Assembly: GCA_015229005.1 (NCBI GenBank)
Contig: JADGCL010000002.1
Location: 12,577 to 76,576 of the forward strand
Length of the DNA stretch: 64,000 nucleotides
Direction: 5' to 3'
Source of the DNA: Magnetococcales bacterium
GTDB taxonomy: Bacteria > Pseudomonadota > Magnetococcia > Magnetococcales > JADGCL01
Under the pieces are notes generated by a model, which ran no database searches, was not told where the DNA came from, and worked only from the letters and a program-made list of their open reading frames with translations. Positions 1 through 11,260 of the stretch are shown one piece after another; within the stretch, counting starts at the first letter, position 1, and each line of letters begins with the position of its first letter. The position numbers and the translations under genes are program-made.

Positions 1-926
1 AGAAGCGGTCGACGGTGGCCCAGGTGGTGAAAGTCCTCGAAGACCACGGCGCGATGGCCTACACCACCGTGGTGGCCGCCACCGCCTCCGATCCGGCGCC
101 GATGCAGTTCCTGGCCCCCTACAGCGGTTGTACCATGGGGGAATACTTCCGCGACAACGGCATGCACGCCCTGATCGTCTACGATGATCTCTCCAAGCAG
201 GCGGTGGCCTATCGGCAGATGTCGCTGATCCTTCGCCGTCCCCCCGGTCGCGAGGCCTATCCCGGCGATGTCTTCTATCTCCATTCGCGTCTCCTGGAGC
301 GGGCGGCCAAGCTCTCCGACGAGCATGGCGGCGGCTCCCTGACGGCCCTGCCCGTCATCGAGACCAAGGGCGGCGACGTCTCGGCCTACATCCCCACCAA
401 CGTCATCTCCATCACCGACGGCCAGATCTTCCTGGAGTCGGAGCTTTTCTACGGCGGTATGCGACCGGCCATTTCGGTGGGTCTGTCGGTCTCGCGGGTG
501 GGGGGTTCGGCGCAGGTGAAGGCGACCAAGCAGGTCGCCGGGAGCCTGCGTCTGGATCTGGCCCAATACCGGGAAATGGCGGCCTTCGCCCAGTTCGGTT
601 CCGACCTCGATCCGTCGACGCAAAAGCTCATCCACCGTGGCGAGCGGCTCATGGAGCTTTTGAAGCAGGGGCAGTATCAACCCCTCTCGATGGAGGAGCA
701 GGCGGTGGTGCTCTTCGCCGGCGCTCGCGGCTTGCTGGATGCCTTCCCGGTATCACGGATCACCACCCTGGAACGGGGAATCCGCGAACATATGGCAAGT
801 CACCACGCTGATATCCTCGAGACCATCCGCAAGGAGGAGAAGCTGAGCGGCGAGACCGAGAGCCGGTTGGCGGCGGCCCTGAAGGAGTACCTGGACAAGC
901 AGCTGAGAGCGACCGAAGCGTCGTAG
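1..926 (+). CDS. atpA: F0F1 ATP synthase subunit alpha (5' truncated by window edge)
   Basis: Frame open from the window start; [32 protein letters not shown] and SITDGQIFL motifs; followed by atpG/D/C. Confidence 0.98.
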   Translation, partial: KRSTVAQVVKVLEDHGAMAYTTVVAATASDPAPMQFLAPYSGCTMGEYFRDNGMHALIVYDDLSKQAVAYRQMSLILRRPPGREAYPGDVFYLHSRLLERAAKLSDEHGGGSLTALPVIETKGGDVSAYIPTNVISITDGQIFLESELFYGGMRPAISVGLSVSRVGGSAQVKATKQVAGSLRLDLAQYREMAAFAQFGSDLDPSTQKLIHRGERLMELLKQGQYQPLSMEEQAVVLFAGARGLLDAFPVSRITTLERGIREHMASHHADILETIRKEEKLSGETESRLAAALKEYLDKQLRATEAS

Positions 927-959
927 CGTGGGAACCGGGTTGGGGAGGTTTTTCCGTCG

Positions 960-1850
960 ATGGCGAACCTGAAAGCTCTGTCGAGTCGGATCCGCTCGGT
1001 CAAGAACACCAAGCAGATCACCAAGGCCATGAAGATGGTTTCCGCCGCCAAGCTCCGGCGGGCGCAGGAGCGGGCCTTCGCGGCACGGCCCTACAGCCAG
1101 GCCATGGGGCGCATGATGGGAGCCCTGACGGTCGGTGGCGCGATGGCCGGGGCCCCACCGCTGATGGCGGGAAGGGGCGGGCCGGTCAAGCGGGTGGAGT
1201 TGGTGGTGTTCACCGCCGACCGGGGGCTGTGCGGGAGTTTCAACAGCGGCGTCATCCGGGCGGTGCGGACCAAGATCGCGGAGTTGACCGAGGCCGGACA
1301 GACGGTCACCCTGACCTTCGTCGGACGCAAGGCGCACGATGTCCTGAAGCGGCAGTTCTCCAAGAATGTCCGAGCGGTGCATATCGGTCTCTCCCGGGGA
1401 TTGACCTTCCAGGTGGCCGAGGAGCGGGTGGCCGGCGGCTTGTTGGATGCCTTTCATCGGGACGAGTTCGATCTCTGCCTCGCCGTTTACAACACCTTTC
1501 AGTCGGCCATGCAACACACCCTGACGTGGCGGCAGCTGATGCCGCTGCCGATCCCCGAGACCGCCGACGATACGGCTCCGGCCTCCGGGATGGGGGGAGA
1601 ATACGAGCCCTCCGGCGAGGAGGTGCTGGCGGCGCTGCTGCCGAAAAATGTGGCCGTGCAGATCTTCCAGGCGATGGTGGAGTCGGACGCCTCCGAACAC
1701 GGGGCGCGGATGACCGCCATGGACAATGCCGTGCGCAATGCCGACGAAATGGTCCGCAAGCTGACGATCACCTTCAATCGGACCCGTCAGGCGGCCATCA
1801 CCACGGAGTTGATGGAGATTATCAGCGGCGCCGAGTCGCTCAAGGGATGA
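960..1850 (+). CDS. atpG: ATP synthase subunit gamma
   Basis: N-terminal KQITKAMKMVSAAKL, DRGLCG, C-terminal RQAAITTELMEIISGA. Confidence 0.98.
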   Translation: MANLKALSSRIRSVKNTKQITKAMKMVSAAKLRRAQERAFAARPYSQAMGRMMGALTVGGAMAGAPPLMAGRGGPVKRVELVVFTADRGLCGSFNSGVIRAVRTKIAELTEAGQTVTLTFVGRKAHDVLKRQFSKNVRAVHIGLSRGLTFQVAEERVAGGLLDAFHRDEFDLCLAVYNTFQSAMQHTLTWRQLMPLPIPETADDTAPASGMGGEYEPSGEEVLAALLPKNVAVQIFQAMVESDASEHGARMTAMDNAVRNADEMVRKLTITFNRTRQAAITTELMEIISGAESLKG

Positions 1851-1862
1851 GATCCGCATCCT

Positions 1863-1918
1863 CGGGTCGTGGATTGCGGGTCGTGGATTGCGGGTCGTGG
1901 ATTGCGGGTCGTGGATTG
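1863..1918. repeat. Tandem repeat, 4 x 14 bp (CGGGTCGTGGATTG), in atpG-atpD spacer
   Basis: Four exact copies read directly at 1863, 1877, 1891 and 1905. Confidence 0.95.
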
Positions 1919-1919
1919 A

Positions 1920-3380
<1,461 letters not shown>

Positions 3381-3394
3381 CGAGGCCGGTCGCC

Positions 3395-3799
3395 ATGGGG
3401 AAGTCCTTGAAGATGGAGTTGGTCACCCCGGAGCGGCGGGTGCTGGCGGTCGAGCCGGAGATGGTGATCATCCCCGGGGTCGATGGCGATTTCGGGGTGT
3501 TGCCGGGGCACATGCCTTTGGTCAGCACGGTGCGGGCCGGTCGGCTGGAGGTCAGGGACGCCGCCGGGACGCGTCGCTATGTGGTCTCCCGTGGCTATGC
3601 CGAGGCGTTGCCGGATCGGGTGACGCTCCTGGTGGATCGGGCGATCCCGGTGGAAGAGCTCAAGGCAGAGGCAGCCAAGGCCTCGCTCTCGGAGGAGAAC
3701 GGGCGGCTCGCGCAGATTCCCGAGGCCGACCCGGCGTATGACCGGCAGAAAGCGGCGGTGGAATTCGCTGCGGCCTGTGTGGCGGCGGTCGGGGAGTGA
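3395..3799 (+). CDS. atpC: ATP synthase subunit epsilon
   Basis: LVTPE...GDFGVLPGH motif; position after atpD. Confidence 0.95.
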   Translation: MGKSLKMELVTPERRVLAVEPEMVIIPGVDGDFGVLPGHMPLVSTVRAGRLEVRDAAGTRRYVVSRGYAEALPDRVTLLVDRAIPVEELKAEAAKASLSEENGRLAQIPEADPAYDRQKAAVEFAAACVAAVGE

Positions 3800-3825
3800 C
3801 CTTGGGCGGTTGTGGTCGTTAGCGC

Positions 3826-5220
3826 ATGAGCGGTCTGGCGGTTGTCATCCTCGCGGCCGGTCAGGGGACCCGGATGCTTTCGCAGCAGCCGAAGGTATTG
3901 CATGCCCTGGCCGGCATTCCCTTGTTGGCGCATGTGGTGCGGGCGGCGATGGGGCTTCGACCAGAGCGGTTGGTCGTGGTGGTGGGTTTTGGCGCCGGGG
4001 CGATCCAGGAGGCGATCGGGAAGGTTCTTCCCAACGCCGGGATCACCTGGGTGACCCAGGAGGAGCGCCTGGGGACGGCACATGCGGTGGGATGTGCCCT
4101 GCCGGCGCTCTCCGGATTCCACGGAGATGTCCTCATCCTCAACGGCGATCATCCGCTGATTCGGACTCCGATTCTCGAGGCGTTTGTTGCGGCGCACCGG
4201 GACGAGGGATGGGCGGTGACCCTGCTATCGACAACACCAGCGACGGCAGCGGGTTACGGTCGGGTGGTCCGCAGGGCTGGAGGGCGGCTGGAGCGGGTAG
4301 TCGAGGAGAAGGATGCTACCCCGGCAGAGCGGGACCTGGTCGAAGTAAGTACGGGTACCTATTGCCTGGCGGCGGATCGATTGCCGGGGTGGATCGCACG
4401 GGTGGGCAACGCCAACGCCCAGGGGGAGTATTACCTGCCCGATGTCGTCGCGTTGGCGGTGGCGGACGGGGTGGGGGCCGGGGCCTTTCACCATCCCGAG
4501 GCGGCATCCTTGGTTGGGGTGAACAACCGTCGCCACTTGGCGCAGTTGGAGGGGTTGCTCCGGGATCGGCTGGTGGGGGAGTGGATGGATCGGGGGGTAA
4601 CCTTCGTCGACCCGAGTTCCTGTTGGGTGGCGGCGGATGTCGAACTCGGTGCCGATACGGTAATTTTTCCACATGTCATCCTGGGGCCCGGGGTGGTGGT
4701 CGGGCGGGATTGCGAGATCGGTCCCTTCTGTCAGGTGGTCCGGAGCCGGCTTGCGGAGCGGGTTCGGGTACTCTCCTTCTGCCACCTGGAGGGGGCGGAG
4801 ATCGCCGCCGATTGCGTGGTGGGTCCCTATTCGCGATTGCGACCGGGTACAGAGCTGGCGTCCAAGGCCCGGATCGGCAATTTTTGCGAAACCAAGAAGG
4901 CCCGGATCGGGGTCGGTTCCAAGGTCAACCATCTTTCCTATATCGGCGATGCCGAGGTGGGGGCCGGGGTCAACATCGGCGCGGGGACGATCACCTGCAA
5001 CTACGATGGGATCCTGAAGCACAAGACTGTCCTCGGGGATGGTGTCTTCGTAGGCTCCGATACTCATTTTGTGGCGCCGATCACGGTGGGTGATCGGGCG
5101 GTGGTGGGTGCCGGAACGACGGTGACCGAGGATATCCCCGCCGATGCCCTGGCCGTGGCCCGGGCGCCGCAGAGGAACATTCCCAACTGGACCGCCCGGC
5201 GTCCGAAGAGGTCCAAGTAG
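3826..5220 (+). CDS. glmU: Bifunctional UDP-GlcNAc pyrophosphorylase / glucosamine-1-phosphate acetyltransferase
   Basis: ILAAGQGTRM, GEYYLPD, hexapeptide repeats, HLSYIGDA, TITCNYDG. Confidence 0.97.
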   Translation: MSGLAVVILAAGQGTRMLSQQPKVLHALAGIPLLAHVVRAAMGLRPERLVVVVGFGAGAIQEAIGKVLPNAGITWVTQEERLGTAHAVGCALPALSGFHGDVLILNGDHPLIRTPILEAFVAAHRDEGWAVTLLSTTPATAAGYGRVVRRAGGRLERVVEEKDATPAERDLVEVSTGTYCLAADRLPGWIARVGNANAQGEYYLPDVVALAVADGVGAGAFHHPEAASLVGVNNRRHLAQLEGLLRDRLVGEWMDRGVTFVDPSSCWVAADVELGADTVIFPHVILGPGVVVGRDCEIGPFCQVVRSRLAERVRVLSFCHLEGAEIAADCVVGPYSRLRPGTELASKARIGNFCETKKARIGVGSKVNHLSYIGDAEVGAGVNIGAGTITCNYDGILKHKTVLGDGVFVGSDTHFVAPITVGDRAVVGAGTTVTEDIPADALAVARAPQRNIPNWTARRPKRSK

Positions 5221-5274
5221 GGGATCGGGGACGGGTCGCGTTCGATAGGTCGGTTACTTTCGCGCTGATTGGTA

Positions 5275-5417
5275 TTTCAGGGGCTTCGCCCCCGAACCCT
5301 CGCTGAGGGAATGTCTGTTGCGCTGGCTGTGATGCTGGTCGATCCGTGTCGTTTCAGGGGCTTCGCCCCCGACCCCCTACTGAGGGGGCAGGCGGAGCCT
5401 CCCCCTCAGGCTCCCCC
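5275..5417. repeat. Two copies of a REP-like palindromic element (TTTCAGGGGCTTCGCCCCCGA...) between glmU and glmS
   Basis: Copies begin at 5275 and 5352; a related copy lies at 47514-47573. Confidence 0.75.
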
Positions 5418-5540
5418 AACTACTCTTGACGTCGTCTTTTCGTTTGATGTCGGTCAATCCGAATTGCCGACGCTCGGGGGGCCTGTTACCGCAGAGGGGC
5501 CTGCTGCGGGATGCTCTCCGGAGGACGGGAGGTGTCTGCC

Positions 5541-7367
5541 GTGTGCGGTATCATTGGTGTCATCGGCGAGCGGAATGCCACCCCTGTCCTGATGGAGGGG
5601 CTCAAGCGTCTGGAGTACCGGGGATACGACTCGGCGGGTATCGCCCTGGCGTGGCGGGATGAGCTGGTGGTGGTTCGGGCGTTGGGGAAGCTCGTCAATC
5701 TGGAGCGGGCCCTGACGGTCGAACCCCGGATCGGTTTCGTGGGGATCGGTCACACCCGCTGGGCAACCCATGGGGCGCCCACCGAGCGCAATGCACACCC
5801 GCACTGCTCGGCGAATGTGGCGGTGGTTCACAATGGCATCATCGAAAATCACCCGGAGCTGAAGGCGGAGCTGCTGTCGGAGGGGGTCGAGTTTACCTCG
5901 GAGACCGATACCGAGGTGATTCCCCACCTGATCGAGCGGGAGCTGCGACGGGAGGGCGACCCGGAGGTTGCGGTCCGGCGGGTACTCCAGCGCCTCGAAG
6001 GGGCCTTTGCCCTCGGGATCCTGTTGCGGGGGCATGACGAGGTTCTGTACGCCGCCCGGCGAGGCAGTCCGCTTCTCATCGGCCTGGGGGAGGGGGAGAA
6101 TTTCATCGCCTCCGATGCGACACCGCTGGTGCCCTACACACGGCGGATGGTTTATCTCAACGACAATGATTTTGCCATCCTGACCCGGGATGGGGTGAGG
6201 CTGACCGATTTTCAGGGCAGCCCCGTGGTCCGGGAGGTGAAATATTCGCAAGTCAGCGCCGATCTCACCGACAAATGGCCTTACCGCCACTACATGCAGA
6301 AGGAGATCTTCGAGCAGCCGACGGCGATAGGCGAGACCCTGAAGCAGTTGATTCGCCCGATGGAACGGGTGGTGGCGCTGGAGGCGTTGACCTCGGTGAT
6401 TTCCCTGGGTGAGGTCAGCGCCGTTTCGATCATTGCCTGCGGCACTTCCTGGCACGCGGGTCTGGTGGCGCGTTATTGGATCGAGCAGTTGGCGCGGATT
6501 CCGACGAGCGTGGAGATCGCCTCGGAGTACCGCTACCGGGAACCGCCGTTGGCGCCGGGGGGGATCACGGTGGTGATCTCTCAGAGCGGGGAGACGGCGG
6601 ACACCTTGGCGGCGTTGCGTTACGCCAAGGGGCATGGGCAGAAGGTGGTGGCGATCGTCAACGTCGCGGAGTCCTCGATTGCGCGGGCGGCGGATGTGGT
6701 GTTGTTGACCCAGGCAGGCCCGGAGATCGGCGTGGCTTCGACCAAGGCCTTCACGACACAGCTGGTGGTATTGGCGGTGTTGGCGCTGGGTTTGGGGCGG
6801 GCCCGGGGAGAGATCACCGAGGCGGTGGAGAAGGAACACGTCGAACAGTTGGTCAGGCTCCCGGGACGGATCGAGCGGGTCCTGGCGCGGGATCGGGAGA
6901 TTCAGGAAATTGCGGCCAAGTTTCTCCATGCCCGGGGGTTTCTTTTCCTGGGACGGGGCTCCTCGTTTCCGATTGCCCTGGAGGGGGCCCTGAAGTTGAA
7001 GGAGATCTCCTACATCCACGCGGAGGGGTATGCGGCAGGAGAGATGAAGCATGGTCCGATCGCGCTCATCGACGAGGAGTTGCCGGTGGTGGTGGTGGCG
7101 CCGCGGGACCGCCTGTTCGACAAGGTTTTGAGTAATCTGGAGGAGGCGCGGGCGCGGGGAGGAAGATTGGTGGTGGTGACCAATACCGAGGTTGTCGCTG
7201 ATTGGCCACTGGTGGATGATTGCATCTCCGTTGGGGAGTGTGAGGAGTTCACTGCGCCGATGTTGACGGTGGTTCCGTTGCAGTTGTTGGCCTATCACAT
7301 TGCGGTCTTGAAGGGGACGGACGTGGACCAGCCCCGAAACCTGGCCAAGAGCGTCACGGTGGAGTAG
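5541..7367 (+). CDS. glmS: Glutamine--fructose-6-phosphate transaminase
   Basis: GTG start gives (M)CGIIG with catalytic Cys; GHTRWATHG; C-terminal PRNLAKSVTVE. Confidence 0.98.
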   Translation: MCGIIGVIGERNATPVLMEGLKRLEYRGYDSAGIALAWRDELVVVRALGKLVNLERALTVEPRIGFVGIGHTRWATHGAPTERNAHPHCSANVAVVHNGIIENHPELKAELLSEGVEFTSETDTEVIPHLIERELRREGDPEVAVRRVLQRLEGAFALGILLRGHDEVLYAARRGSPLLIGLGEGENFIASDATPLVPYTRRMVYLNDNDFAILTRDGVRLTDFQGSPVVREVKYSQVSADLTDKWPYRHYMQKEIFEQPTAIGETLKQLIRPMERVVALEALTSVISLGEVSAVSIIACGTSWHAGLVARYWIEQLARIPTSVEIASEYRYREPPLAPGGITVVISQSGETADTLAALRYAKGHGQKVVAIVNVAESSIARAADVVLLTQAGPEIGVASTKAFTTQLVVLAVLALGLGRARGEITEAVEKEHVEQLVRLPGRIERVLARDREIQEIAAKFLHARGFLFLGRGSSFPIALEGALKLKEISYIHAEGYAAGEMKHGPIALIDEELPVVVVAPRDRLFDKVLSNLEEARARGGRLVVVTNTEVVADWPLVDDCISVGECEEFTAPMLTVVPLQLLAYHIAVLKGTDVDQPRNLAKSVTVE

Positions 7368-7381
7368 TTGCCGGATACTGA

Positions 7382-9361
7382 ATGAGTACGATATTACCCA
7401 TCAATATCGAAGACCTTCTCAACCACCGCAGCGTGGAATCCGCCCGCGTCGAGTTCAAGGCTTCCTGGGACGAGAAGACCACCTCCCACCAGGTGATCAA
7501 GTCCATCTGTGCCTTTGCCAATGATCTCCAAAACCTGAACGGCGGCTATATCGTGATCGGGGTCGCGGAGGAAAATGGCGCCGCCGTCAGACCTGTCAAG
7601 GGCATCACGGCAGAGAGTCTCGATGCGGTTCAGAGGTGGCTCAGGGGACACTGCAACGAGATCGACCCACCCTACCAACCGGTATTTTCCCCCGAAGTGG
7701 TCGATACAAGAAACATCCTGGTCATCTGGGTCCCGGGAAGTGACGTGCGCCCCCACAAGGCTCCCGATGGACCGAAAACAAGAAAAAAATACTACGTCAG
7801 GATCGGATCCGAGTCGGTCGATGCCGAGGCGAATGGCGTTCTCCCACAACTGTTGCAAATGACGGCCCGGGTCCCTTTCGATGACCGGCGCTCACTGACT
7901 GCCAGAATCGAGGACCTGCGGGAATCGAAGGTCAGGGAATTTTTGAACGACATCAACAGTGGCCTGCTTGAGGAGAACAATCAGAGGGAACTCTACAGAA
8001 AGTTGCAGATATCTGCGCAAGTCAATGGGCATGACGTTCCCAAAAACATCGGCCTTCTCATGTTTTCGACAGACCCGGAAACCTGGTTTCCCGGCGCCAG
8101 AATCGAGATCGTGCAATTCGCCGCCGATGGCGCCGGCAATGTCATCGAGGAAAAAGTGTTCCGGGGCGGCATTCACGAACAGTTACGAAACGCGCTCCAG
8201 TATCTTGAAAACATTTCGAGTCAACATCTGGAGAAACGAACGAACTCATTTCTGGTCAAAAGTTGGGTCAGCTACCCCGTCCAGGCGCTGCGAGAAGCCC
8301 TGGTCAACGCCGTTTACCATCGGGGATACGAGGGCACCCCGGAGCCCCCCATCAAGGTCTATCTGTACTCCGATCGGATTGAGGTGATCAGTTATCCCGG
8401 CCCCGTCCCCGGCATCGAAGAGAAACATTTGGCACAGCTCAGCCCCATGCCCCCGGTTCCGGCCAGGAACCGAAGGATCGGGGAGTTCCTCAAGGAACTC
8501 AAGCTGGCCGAGGGGCGGGGAACCGGTTTGCCGAAGTTGTTCAAGGCCATGCGCAACAATGGTTCCCCCGAACCATCCTTCGATTTCGATTCCGGCAGGA
8601 CCTATTTCCGGGTCACCCTTCCCGCCCACCCGGAATATGTCGCCATCTCGGCGATGCGGGATGCGGCCTACATGCGCGCCATCGGCGACCAGGAGGGGGC
8701 CTTCGCCCGGATCAGGGAGGCCTGGAAGCAACGATCTGGTTCGCCGTCCCTGACCGCCGAGCTGATCCGACTCCAGGGCATGAGACATGACATGACCGAA
8801 GCCAGGAAATGTTTCGACGAGTTCCTTTCCTGCGCCTCGGATCCATTCATCCCTCATGTCAGCAACGTGTTCATTGAGATTCTTTTGAACGAACGGATGA
8901 ATGAAGAGGCAAAGGAAATCCTGGACAAACTTCCCTCGTTCCTCTCGAGCGACGAGGCCTGCGACACGGCAATCCTCTCGCGCCGCTTGGGACAACAAGC
9001 GATCGCCCATCGGTATTTCGAGAGGGCCGGAGATGCCGTCCTGCACAATGCCAGGGCGCTTCTTGAATTTGCGCAAACGAAAATCGCCCTGGCCCAGGAT
9101 GTCCTTCACAAGAATCGCGACCGGGAGACCAACAATCGATTGTTGCGCGAGGCCAGGGAGCTGCTGGAACGGGTCATCCGGATGGAGACCGAGACCGTCC
9201 GGCAGGCCTGGGCGTGGAGAGAGCTGGGCAGGATCGGGAACTGGTTGAAACACCCCGCGACGGAGATCGAGACCGCCTACAAGAACGCCATCCGGCTGCT
9301 GCCGGGAGAACGGCGATTCCAGGATGAGTTGGCAAAGCTGAAGGAAAGACGGCGGCGCTGA
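7382..9361 (+). CDS. Schlafen/AlbA_2 domain + HATPase_c_4-like domain + helical TPR-like C-terminus; putative defence nuclease or regulator
   Basis: ESARVEFK, CAFAN..GGYIVIGV (AlbA_2); ALREALVNAVYHR, RN, EGRGTG (HATPase_c_4-like); C-terminal AWAWRELG...AYKNAIRLLP helical repeats; visibly more A/T-rich than neighbours. Confidence 0.8.
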   Translation: MSTILPINIEDLLNHRSVESARVEFKASWDEKTTSHQVIKSICAFANDLQNLNGGYIVIGVAEENGAAVRPVKGITAESLDAVQRWLRGHCNEIDPPYQPVFSPEVVDTRNILVIWVPGSDVRPHKAPDGPKTRKKYYVRIGSESVDAEANGVLPQLLQMTARVPFDDRRSLTARIEDLRESKVREFLNDINSGLLEENNQRELYRKLQISAQVNGHDVPKNIGLLMFSTDPETWFPGARIEIVQFAADGAGNVIEEKVFRGGIHEQLRNALQYLENISSQHLEKRTNSFLVKSWVSYPVQALREALVNAVYHRGYEGTPEPPIKVYLYSDRIEVISYPGPVPGIEEKHLAQLSPMPPVPARNRRIGEFLKELKLAEGRGTGLPKLFKAMRNNGSPEPSFDFDSGRTYFRVTLPAHPEYVAISAMRDAAYMRAIGDQEGAFARIREAWKQRSGSPSLTAELIRLQGMRHDMTEARKCFDEFLSCASDPFIPHVSNVFIEILLNERMNEEAKEILDKLPSFLSSDEACDTAILSRRLGQQAIAHRYFERAGDAVLHNARALLEFAQTKIALAQDVLHKNRDRETNNRLLREARELLERVIRMETETVRQAWAWRELGRIGNWLKHPATEIETAYKNAIRLLPGERRFQDELAKLKERRRR

Positions 9362-9411
9362 GCCAAAGAACCATTCGGGGGGGGCATAGGCAAGGAGAGA
9401 GCGGCTCCCGG

Positions 9412-10143
9412 TCAACCCAACCGCGCCAACCCCGGAAACCACTCCATCAACCACACGCTCAGGCGACTGAAATCCCCCAGAAAGATCATCACCCCAACCG
9501 CCACCAGCAACACCCCGCTCGCCACCTCGACCTTGTGCAAATAGGGCCGCAACCGCCCCGATACCTGGAAAAACCGATTCAAACCTACCCCGGCCAACAA
9601 AAAAGGAATCCCCAGTCCCAACGAATAACACCCCAACAACCCGATGCCCTCCCAAACGCTCTCCCGTCCCCCCGCAATCGTCAAAATGGCCGCCAGAATC
9701 GGCCCGATGCACGGCGTCCAGCCAAACGCGAACGCCAGCCCGATCACAAAGGCGCCGAACAATCCGGGAGGCTTCCGTTCGAGATTGAACCGCGCCTCGA
9801 GGTTCAAAACCCCGATCCGGAACAACCCCATGTAGTGCAGACCGAACAAGACGATCAAAACCCCACCGACCCGGCTCAGCTCCGTCATGTAACGCAACAA
9901 CACCTGCCCCAGCACCGTCGCCGAGGCCCCCAGGGAGACAAACACCACCGAGAATCCCACGACGAAACTCAGACTGACGAGCCCGGATCGCGCCAGCGTC
10001 GCCCCCTCCCCCTTCGCCCCGCGCAAATCATCCACCGACACCCCAGTCATGAAACTGAGATAGGCCGGAACCAGCGGCAAGACGCATGGCGACACGAACG
10101 ACAACAACCCCGCCACGACCGCCGCCGCATATCCCACTTCCAT
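9412..10143 (-). CDS. ccdA: Cytochrome c biogenesis protein CcdA (DsbD transmembrane domain family)
   Basis: SPCVLPLVP and WTPCIGPIL motifs; multiple hydrophobic segments. Confidence 0.93.
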   Translation of the reverse strand: MEVGYAAAVVAGLLSFVSPCVLPLVPAYLSFMTGVSVDDLRGAKGEGATLARSGLVSLSFVVGFSVVFVSLGASATVLGQVLLRYMTELSRVGGVLIVLFGLHYMGLFRIGVLNLEARFNLERKPPGLFGAFVIGLAFAFGWTPCIGPILAAILTIAGGRESVWEGIGLLGCYSLGLGIPFLLAGVGLNRFFQVSGRLRPYLHKVEVASGVLLVAVGVMIFLGDFSRLSVWLMEWFPGLARLG

Positions 10144-10153
10144 CGTTCACTCC

Positions 10154-10489
10154 TCAACCAGCAATCCGCCCCTTCGCCGTCACCCCGAACAGCCAGTCGC
10201 GATAGGCCGGCAACGCCCGCTCGACCGTAATCCCCAAGATCTCCGGGACCTCGTAAGGGTGCCGCTCCGCCAACCGCGCCTGCAGCCGCTCATAAAGCTC
10301 CGCACGCGTCTTGATCACCATCGACCACTCCCCCTCCCGGTGCAGACTCCCTTCCCATTCGTAGAAGGAGAGACCACCCGGCAATACATGAACGCACGCC
10401 GCCAATCCCTCCTCCACCAGGAGCCGCGCCAGCGACTCCGCCGTCGCCGCATCCGGGGCATTGCTCAACACCACCATCAATTCGCCCAT
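10154..10489 (-). CDS. cutA: Divalent-cation tolerance protein CutA
   Basis: LAACV, SFYEWEG, HPYEVPEI motifs. Confidence 0.93.
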   Translation of the reverse strand: MGELMVVLSNAPDAATAESLARLLVEEGLAACVHVLPGGLSFYEWEGSLHREGEWSMVIKTRAELYERLQARLAERHPYEVPEILGITVERALPAYRDWLFGVTAKGRIAG

Positions 10490-10494
10490 CCCCC

Positions 10495-11034
10495 CTACCC
10501 CTCCTTCGCCTCCTCACCGAGATGCTTCCTGACCAGGTTGCGCATCCGCTCCAGGTCCATCCCTCCCATCACCGTCTCCACCACCCGCCCCTCACGATCC
10601 AGCAGGATGCTGGTCGGCAAACCCCGAACCCCCCCCAGGCTCCCGGCAAAACCCATCATCCTCGCCGGTTCCGTGGCAAACACGATCGGATAATTGATCG
10701 CCAGGCGGTTGGCAAAAGCGGTCAGGCGATCCACATCCGCCCTCTCCATGATGTTGGCGCCTATGATGACGAAATCCCGCTTCTCGAACTCCGTCTGCAG
10801 CCTGACGAAGTCCGGGATCTCCTTCAAGCAGGGCGGACACCACGTCGCCCAGAAATTGACCAACACCAACTTGCCCCGCAGATCCGTCAAGCGCATAGAG
10901 CTGCCATTCAGCCGCTCCAGGGAGGTATCCACCCCCCCCGGCTCTTCCGCCCGAAGGCCCTCCGGGGTCGATGCCAATATGAGGGGCCCGAACAACACCA
11001 GGAAAGTGGCCAACCGAACGAATGACCGCAGCAT
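10495..11034 (-). CDS. TlpA/ResA family thiol-disulfide oxidoreductase
   Basis: VNFWATWCPPC and GLPTS motifs; N-terminal signal/anchor; ATG at 11034 with GGAGG upstream. Confidence 0.9.
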   Translation of the reverse strand: MLRSFVRLATFLVLFGPLILASTPEGLRAEEPGGVDTSLERLNGSSMRLTDLRGKLVLVNFWATWCPPCLKEIPDFVRLQTEFEKRDFVIIGANIMERADVDRLTAFANRLAINYPIVFATEPARMMGFAGSLGGVRGLPTSILLDREGRVVETVMGGMDLERMRNLVRKHLGEEAKEG

Positions 11035-11155
11035 CCTCAACCTCCTGCCCAATGAACCGGAACGAAACGGACACCCCCTCCGGAGCATAGCCCCGGATCC
11101 GGGAAATTGCCACCGCCACACGAAACCGGCCCCGCATGAAGCCCGGCAGCCAGAC

Positions 11156-11196
11156 AAAAAAAGGATGGGGAGGCCAAAAATCCCCCCCATCCTTTT
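11156..11196 (-). terminator. Probable Rho-independent terminator downstream of petC
   Basis: 12-bp inverted repeat AAAAGGATGGGG / CCCCATCCTTTT with a T7 run on the minus strand. Confidence 0.6.
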
Positions 11197-11260
11197 CCCA
11201 CACTCGACACCGCGCCCAACCGCCCAACAGCGGCAACCCAGGGACCGGAAAACTCCGGCG

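Noticed and set aside
1863-1918. Possible CRISPR array (also 14021-14081 and 27402-27627)
   Set aside because: Repeats are contiguous with no unique spacers, and no cas genes are present.
5221-5540. glmS ribozyme in the glmU-glmS spacer
   Set aside because: No recognisable ribozyme core; the structure there is explained by the REP-like repeats.
7368-9411. Tn7-like element at the glmS attachment site
   Set aside because: No TGT...ACA ends, TnsB-binding repeats or tns genes; only 14 nt separate glmS from the next gene.
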